32,000 nt of DNA from Opitutales bacterium (GCA_965219535.1 CBDCNV010000001.1:2100001-2132000); one strand, 5' to 3'. Shown: positions 1-11,951, numbered from the stretch's first letter. Program-made: numbers and translations. Notes: generated from the letters alone by a model not told the origin.

Positions 1-125
1 TCAGTTCCTTTCGAACCTCCATCACTTCCGTAATCCTCTGAAGAAGATTGAGATTGCTTACCGTCACCGGATACATCCCGTGTATCGGTCATCTCAATCT
101 CTTCGTTATCTTTCGTTTTGGACAT
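1..125 (-). CDS. 5' end of an unidentified gene running off the left edge (MSKTKDNEEIEMTDTRDVSGDGKQSQSSSEDYGSDGGSKGT...)
   Basis: ATG at 125-123 on the minus strand, open to position 1. Same strand as coaE and 79 nt downstream of it. N-terminus is acidic and Ser-rich. Absent from the ORF track because it is partial. Confidence 0.3.
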   Translation of the reverse strand, partial: MSKTKDNEEIEMTDTRDVSGDGKQSQSSSEDYGSDGGSKGT

Positions 126-204
126 AAATGTGTCCGCTTAATAGATTATAATATTATTAATGGGGAAGGAACCGCTTACTATTTGGTAGTTGGCGATTAT
201 TTCC

Positions 205-786
205 TCAGGAATGGTTTAACTGATGACAAAGCCTATTCACCTGCTCTTGGAGAAAATCGATATTTCCGTTATTGGTAAGAACAAAATCAGCGCGTTCGAT
301 CTTATCAGCCGTGGATATTTGATTGGCGATACGGGCGTTAATGTCGCCCTCATCGAGTCCACGCTCCCTCAATCTCTTTACCTGAAGCGGAGTACTTGAA
401 GCTATACAAACAGAAAAATCGAAGAGTTTTTCAAGCTTTTTCTCAAAAAGGAGCGGGATTTCTATCACCCAAAATGAGTGGGGATCAGCTTTCACTAAGG
501 ACTGCCACATCGATTGAACTCTTGGGTGCAATAGATTTTCGAGCCATTCCCGCTCTTTTGGGTCATTAAAAATAATATGCGCAAGTTTTCCTCGATCTAT
601 TCGATTAGCGTTGTCTTTCGCTTTATTGCCAAAATGTCGATCTATGGCCTCTTGCACCTCCTTATCACCACTGAGAAGCTTTTTGACCAAACTATCAACA
701 TCAACCACTTGGGCACCATATTCTCGGAAATATTTAAGTGCCGTTGATTTTCCACAGCCGATAGATCCTGTTAATCCGAGTAGCAT
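205..786 (-). CDS. coaE: dephospho-CoA kinase
   Basis: 193 aa with N-terminal P-loop GLTGSIGCGKST. Length and overall pattern are typical of CoaE. Confidence 0.9.
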   Translation of the reverse strand: MLLGLTGSIGCGKSTALKYFREYGAQVVDVDSLVKKLLSGDKEVQEAIDRHFGNKAKDNANRIDRGKLAHIIFNDPKEREWLENLLHPRVQSMWQSLVKADPHSFWVIEIPLLFEKKLEKLFDFSVCIASSTPLQVKRLRERGLDEGDINARIANQISTADKIERADFVLTNNGNIDFLQEQVNRLCHQLNHS

Positions 787-1193
787 AGAAGTCTAAAAAT
801 GATTCGGTGACCTTTGAGCGCGAAAAGTCCGAATCTGGATATGAGGATAAGATAGTGATAATTGCTCTTCATTTTTATACAGCGCGAACGTTTGAGCTAT
901 TATGGGTGTCTACCGTTTAATAATCGCTACTTAAAAAATAGCTGCAATCTGGTAGTCGCTGTTGTAGTAAAATTAGCCCATCTGGTTACCGGTCGTCAAG
1001 AGCATTTCAAAAGGTCATGTCATCTATTAAAAGAATAGACAGTTATTAGAAATAAACCGCTGTTTTATTAAAAACATGTATAATATGAAATAATCGACAT
1101 AATAAAATTTATGTTAAGAAAAGCTTTTCAATTATCAATTTTTGCAAATCATCACTTTATGCGACTTTGCTCTATTTACCAATATTACTTATA

Positions 1194-1415
1194 ATGAATA
1201 AGTCCGACCCAGCTCCAGATTCCTTAAGAAAACTTATCCACGACCTAAATGGAGAATTATTTCTTATCCGTGGTCACTTGGATTTAATGCATGGTGAGAT
1301 AAAAAACAACCCGCAGGTAATGGAAAATTACGACAAAATTCAAGAACGCCTGGATGAAGTGCAAATGATTATAAAAAAAATGCGTCAAAAACAGCACGCG
1401 ATAGAATCTCCTTAA
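1194..1415 (+). CDS. small stand-alone protein resembling a histidine-kinase dimerisation/phosphoacceptor (DHp) helix
   Basis: ORF 1167-1415; the likely start is the ATG at 1194 (MNKSDP...). The motif LIHDLNGELFLIRGHLDL resembles an H-box. The rest is helical and charged. No catalytic ATPase domain follows. Confidence 0.4.
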   Translation: MNKSDPAPDSLRKLIHDLNGELFLIRGHLDLMHGEIKNNPQVMENYDKIQERLDEVQMIIKKMRQKQHAIESP

Positions 1416-1478
1416 GAATTGTGGCCCGATAGACCTCCTCAATTGTCAATTTCTCTATCTGATTGTATGTGACATTTA

Positions 1479-3434
1479 TTGTCTGTCGCCAAAAGTAATA
1501 GTTTTATGAACAAGCAAAAAAGTGGCTCCCTGTCTGAGGCGGAACAATTTGAGAAAATTAAAACAAGAATTTACGACACTAGTAAAAGAGCGTGTCGTGG
1601 AATCGCGAGGGAAATTGATACGCTCATCCGGGAGAAACAAAATAAAGGAGAGCCCACTGTCCTCGGTCTAGCCACAGGTTCAACCCCCGTTAATCTTTAC
1701 CGTGAATTGATTAAACTGCACAATGATGAAGGGTTGAGTTTTAAGAACGTTCATACTTTTAACCTCGATGAATATTATCCAATCGAGAAAAATCATCGCG
1801 AAAGCTACAACCGCTTTATGCATGAGCAGCTTTTTCAACATATTGATATTCCTAAAAAAAATATTCATCTTATCGACGGAAGCATTTCACGCCAGGATGT
1901 TTTTACCTCCTGTCAAGAATTTGAAAATGCAATCAAAGCAATTGGTGGTATTGATTTACAAATACTGGGTATCGGACGCACCGGACACATTGGGTTCAAT
2001 GAACCAGGTTCGACAAGAGACACACGTACTCGCCTTGTCTCTATTGACAGGTTGACACGCTTGGACGCCGCTCGTGATTTCCTTGGTGAAATAAACGTGC
2101 CTCGTTATGCGATAACGATGGGTGTCGGAACTATCCTTGAAGCGCGAAAAGTTATCCTTATGGCGTGGGGTGAATCTAAATCTAAAATGATCGCACGCGC
2201 AGTGGAAGGTCCCGTAACAGAAAGTTTACCTGCCTCCTTTATCCAGGAACATCCCAATACAAGGTTTATAATCAATAGATCTGCTTCTGCAGAATTAACT
2301 CGGGTGCGACACCCCTGGTTAGTCCGTAACGTCTCGTGGGAACCATCACTGTGCCGGCGCGCCGTAGTATGGTTGAGCCAGAGTATTAAAAAACCCGTGC
2401 TTAAACTCCTTGACGGAGAGTATAGTGAAAACGGAATGGCTGAACTTCTCACTGAACAAGGTCCCGCTTATAATTTGAATATTCGAATCTTCAATGAATT
2501 GCAGCACACCATTACCGGGTGGCCCGGCGGTAAACCAAATGCTGATGACTCCAGTCGTCCGGAACGCGCTCAACCCTTTCCTAAACGCGTCGTCGTTTTT
2601 AGTCCTGAACCCCAGGACGATGTGCTCTACATGGGTGGCACACTGCACCGACTGACGCAACAGGGGCATAATATAGAAGTTGTCTATCAGACTTCCGGAA
2701 ATCTCGCGGTCCCTGATGATGAAGCGGTAAAATTTGCAGAGTTCCTTATCGACAGCAAAATGAATAATAATAACGAGACTGAAAGCCAGGTTAACTTTGC
2801 CCGTCAAGTAATTAAAGACCTGAAAAAGAAAGGGAACAACAGCACAGACACACCCGAAGTACGTCGAATTAAAGCAATGATACGAAGAGGTGAAGCGCGC
2901 GCGGCCTGTCGAATCTGTGGATTGCGTTCAAAAAATATTCATTTTCTTGATTTACCTTTTTACGAACAAGGTCGGTATCGACAGTTCAATCTCAGTGGCA
3001 AAGACGAAGGTAAGGTGACAAAATTACTTAATAAAATTAAACCTCACCAGATATACGCGACTGGATGGCAGTCCGACCCAAATTCGGTGCCATTCCTTTG
3101 CTTTGAATCTATGCGTAATGCCCTGCAAAGAATTACTGATTCTTCATGGCTTAAGGACTGTTTTGTATGGCTCTACCATGGATCGGAAAAAGAATGGTTA
3201 ATGGATGAGATTGAAATGGCCGTCCCCTTGAGCCCGAATGAACTGGCCATAAAAATAAATGCTATTTACCAGCATGTGTCTCAGCGAAGACAAACACTTT
3301 CCACGGAGAATAAGCTGCGAGAATCCTGGCAAAATGCTGAATCGCGGAATCAAGCCATTGCAAAAAATTATGATCTTCTCGGACTAGCCGAGTATGAAGC
3401 GATTGAAGCATTTAAGCGTTGGCGTTTCAACTGA
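1479..3434 (+). CDS. nagB: long-form glucosamine-6-phosphate deaminase (NagB domain fused to an LmbE/PIG-L-like deacetylase domain)
   Basis: 651 aa. The N-terminal half has NagB-family motifs GLATGSTP, FNLDEYY and GIGRTGHIGFNEPGS. The C-terminal half starts with VVVFSPEPQDDVLYMGGTL, which resembles the LmbE HPDD-x-GGT motif. The true start may be the ATG at 1506. Confidence 0.85.
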   Translation: MSVAKSNSFMNKQKSGSLSEAEQFEKIKTRIYDTSKRACRGIAREIDTLIREKQNKGEPTVLGLATGSTPVNLYRELIKLHNDEGLSFKNVHTFNLDEYYPIEKNHRESYNRFMHEQLFQHIDIPKKNIHLIDGSISRQDVFTSCQEFENAIKAIGGIDLQILGIGRTGHIGFNEPGSTRDTRTRLVSIDRLTRLDAARDFLGEINVPRYAITMGVGTILEARKVILMAWGESKSKMIARAVEGPVTESLPASFIQEHPNTRFIINRSASAELTRVRHPWLVRNVSWEPSLCRRAVVWLSQSIKKPVLKLLDGEYSENGMAELLTEQGPAYNLNIRIFNELQHTITGWPGGKPNADDSSRPERAQPFPKRVVVFSPEPQDDVLYMGGTLHRLTQQGHNIEVVYQTSGNLAVPDDEAVKFAEFLIDSKMNNNNETESQVNFARQVIKDLKKKGNNSTDTPEVRRIKAMIRRGEARAACRICGLRSKNIHFLDLPFYEQGRYRQFNLSGKDEGKVTKLLNKIKPHQIYATGWQSDPNSVPFLCFESMRNALQRITDSSWLKDCFVWLYHGSEKEWLMDEIEMAVPLSPNELAIKINAIYQHVSQRRQTLSTENKLRESWQNAESRNQAIAKNYDLLGLAEYEAIEAFKRWRFN

Positions 3435-3575
3435 GTCATAAGCCAGGATATCAGGTTTAAGTAAAATCGGTGACGTGCCGGTTAAGTGTATTACACACTT
3501 AATTCAGTGGGGATTAAACCGTATGAAGAGGTAGAGAAAGGAAGTGATATACTCTATTCCGGATTACCCTGATTT

Positions 3576-4346
3576 ATGACCGCGTTATTTGACAAAAGGA
3601 TAATCACTCATCCCTTTTCAACAGAAATGAATGAAATATACACCGCTCCTTTGCTTCTTCGCGATTTAGCGATAAATGAACGCCCGCAGGAGCGATTGGA
3701 GAAATACGGGGCACCCGCTTTGAGTGATACCGAATTACTGGCGATGCTCTTGCGCAGTGGGACAAAAAACCTAAGCGTACTCACCTTATCTTCAACTATC
3801 ATTGCTGAAGCAGGTGCACTCGCTGGCTTGCTTAGCTGGACAGTATCCGATTTCAAGAAAATTAAAGGGATCGGTAAAATTAAAGCTCTTCAGCTCATAT
3901 CGGTAATGGAAATTGCGCGCCGCATACTTTTACAAAACCGTCATTCTGAGCCATCATTCAACACCCCGGACTCAGTATTTGAATATTTTCGACCTATAAT
4001 TGCTGGAATCGAAGTAGAAAAATTCTGGGTCCTCTGCTTGAACCGAAAAAATCGCTTAATAAAATGTGTGGAGACAACATCAGGAACAGCGAGCAGTAGC
4101 CTGGCACACCCGCGTGAAGTTTTCCGCGATGCAATCCGATTAAGCGCTTCTGCAATCATATGTGTACATAATCATCCGAGCGGTGACCCCACTCCGAGCA
4201 GCGCTGACATTCAAGTCACACGACAACTCAAAAACGCGGCTAAAACAGTATCTATTGATATGCTCGATCACCTCGTAATTGGTCAAATTGCGGATGACCC
4301 TAAGGGAAAAGGATATTACAGTTTTGAAGATGCAGGGCTTATTTAA
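3576..4346 (+). CDS. radC: RadC-like JAB/MPN domain protein
   Basis: N-terminal ERPQERL...LSDTELLAMLLRSG helix-hairpin-helix region and a C-terminal JAMM motif HNHPSGDPTPSSAD. The start may be the internal ATG at 3627. Confidence 0.85.
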   Translation: MTALFDKRIITHPFSTEMNEIYTAPLLLRDLAINERPQERLEKYGAPALSDTELLAMLLRSGTKNLSVLTLSSTIIAEAGALAGLLSWTVSDFKKIKGIGKIKALQLISVMEIARRILLQNRHSEPSFNTPDSVFEYFRPIIAGIEVEKFWVLCLNRKNRLIKCVETTSGTASSSLAHPREVFRDAIRLSASAIICVHNHPSGDPTPSSADIQVTRQLKNAAKTVSIDMLDHLVIGQIADDPKGKGYYSFEDAGLI

Positions 4347-4358
4347 GAGGTAATTAAG

Positions 4359-4396
4359 CTTCGTCTTCGTCTGCCTCATCCAGCTGGAGAGGATGA
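4359..4396. repeat. half-copy of a dispersed palindromic element plus a 7-bp hairpin, in the convergent radC/glpK intergenic region
   Basis: CTTCGTCTTCGTCTGCCTCATC (4359-4380) is identical to the first 22 nt of the right arm of the inverted repeat at 14886-14913. CTCATCC(n9)GGATGAG forms a hairpin at 4374-4396. It is plausibly a bidirectional terminator. Confidence 0.6.
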
Positions 4397-4473
4397 GTGG
4401 AAGGTGGGATGATTGGTTGATAAGCGTAGTTAAATCCCCTCCATCCAAACATCCACTCTTCCACTCTTCCCAA

Positions 4474-5994
4474 TCATCCTCTCTCCCCCATCCCCCATTC
4501 CTTTGCACACGCTAATGCACGTCGCCATCCGACTTTCTGATTCTCTCTCTCTTCAGACGACCACTCTACGGAAAAAGATTGGTCCACATGCCAATGATTG
4601 GAAATTTCATTGAGGTCCTTCCAATAGCCGACCGCCAAACCTGCTAGATAGGCAGCACCGAGTGCCGTCGTCTCTATCACTGTAGGTCTGACAACGGGAA
4701 CTTGTAAAAGATTGCATTGAAATTGCATGAGTAGGTTATTTACGCACGCACCCCCGTCCACGCGCAATTCCTGTAAGTCTATTCCAGAATCCAACTGCAT
4801 GGCTTCAAGGACATCGCTAGATTGGAAAGCCATGCTTTCTAATGCGGCGCGTGCAATATGAGCCGAGGTAGTGCCCCGTGTTAATCCGACAAGGGTGCCA
4901 CGGGCATGAGGTTCCCAGTGAGGCGCGCCCAACCCAGTAAACGCGGGAACAAAATAAACGCCGCCAGAATCTCCAACTTCTCTCGCTAAGGATTCAACTT
5001 CAGATGAGTTATTAATCAGCCCCAATCCGTCCCGCATCCACTGAACAACCGCTCCACCGATAAAGATACTTCCTTCAAGTGCATATTCAACCTCCTCCCC
5101 TATTTTCCAGGCCACGGTTGTTAGCAGTTTGTTCTTAGATGCCACCGGCGTTTTTCCGATATTTAAAAGAAGAAAACAACCGGTTCCATAAGTATTTTTA
5201 GCCATCCCCGATTGCAGACAGTTCTGCCCAAAAAGCGCAGCTTGCTGATCCCCTGCGATACCTGACAGAGGAATACTTCTTATTGATTTTACGCTTTCAA
5301 CCTCAGCATAATATTCACTGGATGATCTAACTTCAGGCAACAGGGAATTTGGAATATTGAGAATAGATAATAGTTCGTTATCCCATTCTAACCTTTGAAT
5401 ATTATAGAGCAGTGTTCGGGACGCATTGGTCGCATCGGTAATATGTTTTTTTCCGTTCGTAAGATTCCAGATTAACCAGCTATCGACGGTACCGAATGCC
5501 AGTTCACCTTTGTCCGCTTTCTCTCGGGCATGGGGTATATTATCAAGTATCCATTTTATTTTAGTCCCCGAAAAATAGGGGTCGAGTAGTAGTCCCGTCT
5601 TTTTCTGGAAGAGAGGTTCTAACCCTTCCTCCCTTAGGTTTTCGCAAATGGCCGCGGTGCGCCGATCCTGCCATACAATGGCATTATATATCGGTTTACT
5701 TGTAATTCGATCCCAGAGAATCGTCGTTTCACGCTGATTAGTGATTCCTATCGCTTCAATTTCATTGCCCGTAAGACCACTCTTGCACAGAACCTCATCC
5801 GCTACTGCGCATTGTGACGATACTATTTCCTGGGGGTCATGCTCTACCCATCCCGGCTTAGGAAACAGCTGTTTGAATTCTCTCTGCGCTACTGCCTCTA
5901 TCCCTCCATCATGATCAAACAAAATAGCCCGCGAACTCGTGGTTCCCTGGTCTAACGCTAATATATATTTCATCTCATTACAGGTTTGTATCAA
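4474..5994 (-). CDS. glpK: glycerol kinase
   Basis: 506 aa with FGGY-family motifs [14 protein letters not shown] and [10 protein letters not shown]. The likely real start is [10 protein letters not shown] at 5973. Confidence 0.95.
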   Translation of the reverse strand: MIQTCNEMKYILALDQGTTSSRAILFDHDGGIEAVAQREFKQLFPKPGWVEHDPQEIVSSQCAVADEVLCKSGLTGNEIEAIGITNQRETTILWDRITSKPIYNAIVWQDRRTAAICENLREEGLEPLFQKKTGLLLDPYFSGTKIKWILDNIPHAREKADKGELAFGTVDSWLIWNLTNGKKHITDATNASRTLLYNIQRLEWDNELLSILNIPNSLLPEVRSSSEYYAEVESVKSIRSIPLSGIAGDQQAALFGQNCLQSGMAKNTYGTGCFLLLNIGKTPVASKNKLLTTVAWKIGEEVEYALEGSIFIGGAVVQWMRDGLGLINNSSEVESLAREVGDSGGVYFVPAFTGLGAPHWEPHARGTLVGLTRGTTSAHIARAALESMAFQSSDVLEAMQLDSGIDLQELRVDGGACVNNLLMQFQCNLLQVPVVRPTVIETTALGAAYLAGLAVGYWKDLNEISNHWHVDQSFSVEWSSEERENQKVGWRRALACAKEWGMGERG

Positions 5995-6279
5995 CCTATC
6001 ACGATTAGACTGAAAATCATAATAAAATTACTTTCCGGCAATTTAAGTGTAATTTATTCTCTACATTTGAATAAAATCAGTAATCCTTTCAAATACCAAT
6101 CAGTTTATAGGCAAACGATGCTCTATAGGGCTTCTCTATTATAAGTGCCTGTAAACTCAGAATCTTTCCCTCCCAGATGTTTTTTTCATGATAAATACTT
6201 TTTGAAGACTCTATTCGTAAAAAATTTAATTTTTTTCGTGATTTTTAAATCTTAAACAGTAACCTCATCGTTTTCTCTA

Positions 6280-8046
6280 ATGCTCAATTTTGCTGATCAA
6301 TGTCTGGACATGGCCCAATCAATACTGGGACACAACTTGAATTCCATAAATGAAGATGGATCCATAAGTCCAATTAATGGTGAAACGTCACGGTTTGATG
6401 AACCGGGTCATGCCGCTCTTGCGATCGGCGAATATTACCGCGCTACAGGGGAAACACAGTTAGGTAATTTCGATCTCATTGACCTTACTGCCCGCTGTAT
6501 AACCGCACAGGTATTTACTGAAGAAGAGAATGAAAATGGTCTTGCTTACTCTGCCTTAGGTTTACTCTCGTTTGGTCCGGCAAAAGACCGCAATCCCGTC
6601 TGGGAACGTCTTCTCGATCCTACGCGCGAACACCTTGATAAGCGGTTGCTTGTCCGGAGTGATTATGATAACCATCTGCAGGCATATAATATAGCGAAGT
6701 CCGTCGCCCGATTCAGCATGGGGCTCTCCAAAAAAGATGAAACGGGAAAGTTAATTGACCGTTTTATTGAGCGCATCAATGAAAATAGCACAGGGGGATA
6801 TTGTGACGACGCTCCGGAAATCGGTTTGGGTGGTGTTTATAATATTAATGGTATATTAAGTTTTGTCTTCATCCGTCAGACACTTCAGCTGCATGCAAAC
6901 CTGCATCTGCGTGATCGCAAATTACCCAGTCTGCGCACTTTCGCTGAGAAATATATTCGGATGATGCCAGATATTGTGCGACAGGATGGGCTGGGTTGGA
7001 TTTTCGGTGAAGGGATTGGCGCTTACGGCCAAATGCTCTGTATCAGTATTATCCTGCAAGCCATGCGCGACGATTGGATAAATGAGGATCAAAAACCACG
7101 TTACTTCAATATACTTCGCCGTCTTTTCCAATACTTCTTTATGACTTACCTCGATCAGGAAGAGGGAATCTTAGTCGTTAGAGATAGCGAACGCACAACC
7201 ATAGATGAACACACTTCACGTCTGGCAGATTTCGATGGTGCACGCTATCTTTGCCAATGGTCTCGCCTCGCCAAGTCAATCGGCGGTTCAATGGATGCCA
7301 AACCTTCACCGGCAAGGCCTGCTGGCCGGTTTGTTATTTTCGATAAGGACAATCGCCGCGAACGCGGTGTATTTATCTATCAAGATCCCGATAGCGGGAT
7401 GCATGTTAATCTACCTCTCGTAGGCCAGGGAAATCATAGCAGCTCAGATTCACTCTCCTTTCCTCATTGCCCGGGGATTTTCGATTGGCCGGTCAATAAT
7501 TATGTCCCCATCATGCTTCCTGAACTGACCTTTGGGGACAGAGTTATTGTCCCCTCCTTTTACGGCCATCGTTGCGTCACTGGATTGGGTCTGCGAAATT
7601 CTTTCTATTTTCGATTTGAACAACCTGACCTCATCACGCGTGAAGAAAAAATCGTGTCCGGTCTCGGCAGTGTAAAGGTTTCTTGGACTTTTGCCGGTAA
7701 TAAAGTTACGAGCGATTTTATATTCAAGGTTAAAAACCAAGTCCAGATGGATCAGATGCGCTATGTCTTTGCGATTGCAACCAGCCATTCTACTTACCAT
7801 TCCAGTACCGCTTTTTGCCTTGGCCAGGAAGGCTTGCGTTGCAAAGTCCATAAAGATGATTTTCAAGCTGTTTGGCAGGAACCAGAACTGGTCACTAACG
7901 AACCGAACTATAAAACTTACTGGGGCAATATACATTACATGCAATTGCTTATCCGTGATCATCCACTCATCATGCGTCCCAGCCAACAATATAGGCTTAC
8001 CGTATCATTTGAGCCCGACATTGCATTTGTCGGAGAAAACAGTTAG
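6280..8046 (+). CDS. hypothetical protein, 588 aa, no motif I can recognise
   Basis: Long ORF with non-repetitive composition. It ends 9 nt before hisF on the same strand. Confidence 0.7.
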   Translation: MLNFADQCLDMAQSILGHNLNSINEDGSISPINGETSRFDEPGHAALAIGEYYRATGETQLGNFDLIDLTARCITAQVFTEEENENGLAYSALGLLSFGPAKDRNPVWERLLDPTREHLDKRLLVRSDYDNHLQAYNIAKSVARFSMGLSKKDETGKLIDRFIERINENSTGGYCDDAPEIGLGGVYNINGILSFVFIRQTLQLHANLHLRDRKLPSLRTFAEKYIRMMPDIVRQDGLGWIFGEGIGAYGQMLCISIILQAMRDDWINEDQKPRYFNILRRLFQYFFMTYLDQEEGILVVRDSERTTIDEHTSRLADFDGARYLCQWSRLAKSIGGSMDAKPSPARPAGRFVIFDKDNRRERGVFIYQDPDSGMHVNLPLVGQGNHSSSDSLSFPHCPGIFDWPVNNYVPIMLPELTFGDRVIVPSFYGHRCVTGLGLRNSFYFRFEQPDLITREEKIVSGLGSVKVSWTFAGNKVTSDFIFKVKNQVQMDQMRYVFAIATSHSTYHSSTAFCLGQEGLRCKVHKDDFQAVWQEPELVTNEPNYKTYWGNIHYMQLLIRDHPLIMRPSQQYRLTVSFEPDIAFVGENS

Positions 8047-8055
8047 CTTCACTCG

Positions 8056-8817
8056 ATGCTTTCGGCAAGAATTATACCCTGCCTTGATGTAAGCGCAGGA
8101 CGCGTTGTCAAGGGAATCAAATTTAAGGATTTGGTTGACGCTGGAGATCCTGTAGAAGCAGCTAAGGCCTACGAGGAGCAAGGTGCAGATGAATTAGTCT
8201 TTCTCGACATAACGGCCTCTAGCGATGAGCGGGAAATCATGCATCATGTTGTGGAGGAAACAGCCTCACAATGTTTTATGCCCCTAACCGTAGGTGGCGG
8301 ACTTCGCGACCTCAATAACATAAGACAAATGTTAAACGCGGGTGCCGACAAAGTAAGCCTGAATACATCTGCCATCTTAAACCCGGATCTGGTTCTACAA
8401 GCGGCAAGTAAGTTCGGCAACCAATGTATCGTCGTTGCGATTGATGCAAAGCGTGAACCCTCCGAAGATAAATGGCGCGTTTATACACATGGTGGCCGTC
8501 ACCCCACTGATCTGGACGCGATTTCATGGGCTCAAAAAGTTGTCTCCCTGGGTGCTGGTGAGATCTTACTCACAAGCATGGATCAGGACGGCATGCAAAA
8601 TGGATACGATATTGATCTTACGCGGAAATTAAGTGAATCCGTAACCGTCCCGGTTATCGCATCGGGTGGTGCCGGCAATCTCGACCACCTCGTATCTGTT
8701 CTTAAAGAGGGCAAAGCCAATGCCGTTCTCGCTGCTTCAATCTTTCATTTTGGCACCTATAAAATAAAAGAGGCTAAAGAAACCTTATTGAAGGCAGGTA
8801 TTCCAGTCCGGCTTTAA
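8056..8817 (+). CDS. hisF: imidazole glycerol phosphate synthase, cyclase subunit
   Basis: 253 aa with the HisF pattern [25 protein letters not shown] and ASGGAG. Confidence 0.95.
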   Translation: MLSARIIPCLDVSAGRVVKGIKFKDLVDAGDPVEAAKAYEEQGADELVFLDITASSDEREIMHHVVEETASQCFMPLTVGGGLRDLNNIRQMLNAGADKVSLNTSAILNPDLVLQAASKFGNQCIVVAIDAKREPSEDKWRVYTHGGRHPTDLDAISWAQKVVSLGAGEILLTSMDQDGMQNGYDIDLTRKLSESVTVPVIASGGAGNLDHLVSVLKEGKANAVLAASIFHFGTYKIKEAKETLLKAGIPVRL

Positions 8818-9074
8818 GGTGCTTCAGCCAGGTTGCGAAGATATTCAAGCGCCTTCTGATAACTTCTCCGTTGGAGGAAATGGGTTAAGCGATCATCCAT
8901 TTCATCAGCGCGACTTTCCACCAGCAAATCGAGATCCTTAATAGCGCTGACGATGTCGTTTTTATCCGCGTCCTCCGCACTTTCAACGACGATCTGTAAT
9001 CGTTCTTCAATTTCCTTGTTCAACATAGCTTTTAAAAGGCCTCTAAGCTGTAAGCGTTCCCTTTCCACCGACAC
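8814..9074 (-). CDS. hypothetical small acidic helical protein (86 aa)
   Basis: The ORF overlaps the hisF stop by 4 nt in convergent orientation. Composition looks coding. No recognisable motif. Confidence 0.45.
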   Translation of the reverse strand: MSVERERLQLRGLLKAMLNKEIEERLQIVVESAEDADKNDIVSAIKDLDLLVESRADEMDDRLTHFLQRRSYQKALEYLRNLAEAP

Positions 9075-9153
9075 TAAAGGAACCTAATTGCTTGATTTTA
9101 AGTCAATAAATTCATATTTAATTTTTCACGTAAAGGCACCGATATCAATCAAA

Positions 9154-11892
9154 ATGAAACAACTTAGCTTTGCAAATCGCTGGAACGCTGACCTCATAGA
9201 TGAATATTATGATCGCTGGCTGACTAATCCCGAAGGACTCGACGAAAAATGGATCGCTTTTTTTGAGGGTTTTGAGTTAGCGACTAATGGCAATGGATCT
9301 TCTGCTCCTAAGGTACGCGATAGCGAAGCTACAGCGGCCATAAAACAGGCCCGATTTACGGGAGCTATTTATGCCTATCGATCAATTGGGCATACGATGG
9401 CGAATTTTAATCCCCTTGAAAAATCGGTGGCTTTTAATCCGCGTCTTTCTTTACAGCGCTTGGGATTCGAAGATAACGAATTGGACCATGAGTATCATAC
9501 CGGAAATTACCTCGACGGAAAAGTCATGTCGATTGGTCAACTCCTCAATGATTTAAAAGAGACCTATTGTAGCGCAATAGGAGTAGAATATCTACATATT
9601 CAAGATACTCCACCCCGTCGCTGGCTTCAGGCGAGAATTGAACCGACCCTTAATAAGTCTAATTTTTCAAGAGAAAAAAAATTGGCCGTCCTCGAAGATA
9701 TCCTCGAAGCAGAAGGTTTTGAAAAATATCTCCAGACTCGTTATGTTGGCCAGAAACGATTCTCCCTTGAAGGCGGTGAAACTATTATCCCGTGCCTGCA
9801 TGCCACTATTGAAAAATGTTTCGATCTCAAAATTGTGGAAATTGTTATGGGTATGGCACATCGCGGGCGCCTGAACGTCCTCGTTAATATTCTAGGTAAA
9901 TCCTACGACTTTATATTTCATGAATTTGCAGAAAATTATGTTCCCGAAACGATACATGGGGATGGCGACGTAAAATACCATTTGGGTTATGAAGCTCAAC
10001 TCAACACCTCCAGTGGTGAAACTATAAACTTTCACCTCGCGGCCAATCCAAGTCATTTGGAAGTAGTTAATCCGGTAGTTGAAGGCCGTGCCCGTGCGAG
10101 ACAACGCATACTCGGTGATCTTGAACGCAAGACAGTTCTCCCTATTCTTATTCATGGTGACGCGGCTTTCGCGGGACAGGGTGTTGTAAGCGAAGTCTTA
10201 AATCTCTCGCAATTGAAAGGGTATACAACCGGCGGGACTTTGCATTTTATTATAAATAATCAGATCGGATTTACAACAGATCCCTCTGAGGCCCGTTCTA
10301 GTCGTTATTGCACCGATGTCGCAAAAATGATTGAAGCACCTATTTTTCATGTCAATGGAGACGACCCACTCGCCATGGTGTATGTTACGGAGATGGCACT
10401 CGATTATCGACAGGAATTTGGCCAGGACGTGGTAATCGATATGTACTGTTATCGGCGACATGGTCACAATGAAGCGGATGAACCGACCTTTACCCAACCC
10501 CTCCTTTACGAAAGAATTTCTAAACATCCGCTGATCAGCGAATCCTTATGTGCAAAACTGATCGAAGAAGGTGAATTGGAAGAAATAGAAGCGGAAGCGA
10601 TCAAAGAAAAATATCAAAAAACCCTCGATGCGGCATTCACCCGCACGAAGAAAGAGGAATCGGAGATAGCGGAAAAGAAAAATGAAAAATTTCATGGGTC
10701 TGATGCCATTTTCCAGCCACCCTATAGTTTTCGACCCGTGAAAACGAGTGTCAGAAAAGAAGCCCTGGAAAAAGTTATTAAAGCGCTTACCTCTTATCCC
10801 GATGATCTGAAACTTAACCGGAAAATAATTCGCCTCCTAAGTAATAGACGGAAGGCTTATGAGAAGGATCAGGGGATTGACTGGGCGCTCGCTGAACAGC
10901 TCGCCTGGGGAACCCTCATGCTCGACGGGACACCGGTGCGAATCTCCGGGCAGGACTGCGCGCGAGGAACCTTCAGTCAACGGCACGCTGTCCTTTATGA
11001 TGTCGAAACAAAGGAAGGCTACTTTCCTCTTATGGAATTGGATGACCGGAGAGCCATTCAATGCGTTCATAATTCAATGCTTTCGGAAGTCGCCGTTCTT
11101 GGGTTTGATTACGGCTATTCGCTCGACTATCCGCAAATGCTCTGCATGTGGGAAGCACAGTTCGGTGACTTTGTAAACGGCGCGCAGGTTATCATAGATC
11201 AGTTTATTGCCAGTGGGGAATCAAAGTGGCAGCGAGTCAGCGGCATTGTTCTCTTATTACCGCATGGCTATGAGGGGCAGGGGCCGGAGCATTCCTCCGC
11301 GCGACTCGAACGATTTCTTCAAGCATGCGCGGAAGATAATTTTCAGGTCTGCAATTTAAGTACTCCCGCACAGTATTTTCACGTCCTGAGGCGACAGATG
11401 AAGCGTGATATTCGCATGCCGCTTATTATCATGGCACCTAAAAGCTTGTTACGCCATAAACAGGCTGTGTCTCACAATAATGATTTCCTCAAAGGGACAT
11501 TTAAGGAAATTCTGGATGATTCAAAACCGGGGAAGAAAATTGAGCGTATCATTCTGAGTACGGGTAAGATATATTATGATTTGAATGACTACAGGAAGAA
11601 CAATAAAATAGAGAACGCTGCCCTCCTTCGGGTTGAACAACTTTATCCTCTCAACAAAAAACTGTTGTTAGAATTACTGACAAAATATTCAGATGCTAAA
11701 AAGCTGGTTTGGTGTCAGGAAGAATCACAGAACATGGGAGCATGGACTTATATATCTCCAATTTTAGAAGAGATATCTGATGAAAAACCGTTTTATGCCG
11801 GACGTGATGCCAGTGCTAGTCCGGCTGTGGGATCACTTGCGATTCACAGAATCGAACAGGCGGCATTGGTTGAAACAGCATTTCTGGGTTGA
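9154..11892 (+). CDS. sucA: 2-oxoglutarate dehydrogenase E1 component
   Basis: The track ORF starts at 9088; the likely start is [10 protein letters not shown] at 9154. E1o hallmarks are present: [23 protein letters not shown] and [24 protein letters not shown]. Confidence 0.95.
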   Translation: MKQLSFANRWNADLIDEYYDRWLTNPEGLDEKWIAFFEGFELATNGNGSSAPKVRDSEATAAIKQARFTGAIYAYRSIGHTMANFNPLEKSVAFNPRLSLQRLGFEDNELDHEYHTGNYLDGKVMSIGQLLNDLKETYCSAIGVEYLHIQDTPPRRWLQARIEPTLNKSNFSREKKLAVLEDILEAEGFEKYLQTRYVGQKRFSLEGGETIIPCLHATIEKCFDLKIVEIVMGMAHRGRLNVLVNILGKSYDFIFHEFAENYVPETIHGDGDVKYHLGYEAQLNTSSGETINFHLAANPSHLEVVNPVVEGRARARQRILGDLERKTVLPILIHGDAAFAGQGVVSEVLNLSQLKGYTTGGTLHFIINNQIGFTTDPSEARSSRYCTDVAKMIEAPIFHVNGDDPLAMVYVTEMALDYRQEFGQDVVIDMYCYRRHGHNEADEPTFTQPLLYERISKHPLISESLCAKLIEEGELEEIEAEAIKEKYQKTLDAAFTRTKKEESEIAEKKNEKFHGSDAIFQPPYSFRPVKTSVRKEALEKVIKALTSYPDDLKLNRKIIRLLSNRRKAYEKDQGIDWALAEQLAWGTLMLDGTPVRISGQDCARGTFSQRHAVLYDVETKEGYFPLMELDDRRAIQCVHNSMLSEVAVLGFDYGYSLDYPQMLCMWEAQFGDFVNGAQVIIDQFIASGESKWQRVSGIVLLLPHGYEGQGPEHSSARLERFLQACAEDNFQVCNLSTPAQYFHVLRRQMKRDIRMPLIIMAPKSLLRHKQAVSHNNDFLKGTFKEILDDSKPGKKIERIILSTGKIYYDLNDYRKNNKIENAALLRVEQLYPLNKKLLLELLTKYSDAKKLVWCQEESQNMGAWTYISPILEEISDEKPFYAGRDASASPAVGSLAIHRIEQAALVETAFLG

Positions 11893-11951
11893 GCTCACCC
11901 TCAATTTAAGAGTCGCTTGCTTTTTTAAGGTGATGTCTACAATCTAAAAAT

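Noticed and set aside
3482-3502. Perfect 8-bp hairpin TTAAGTGT-ATTAC-ACACTTAA after nagB, considered as a terminator.
   Set aside because: It is AT-rich with no following U-tract, so I cannot support an intrinsic-terminator call. It could equally be a protein-binding palindrome.
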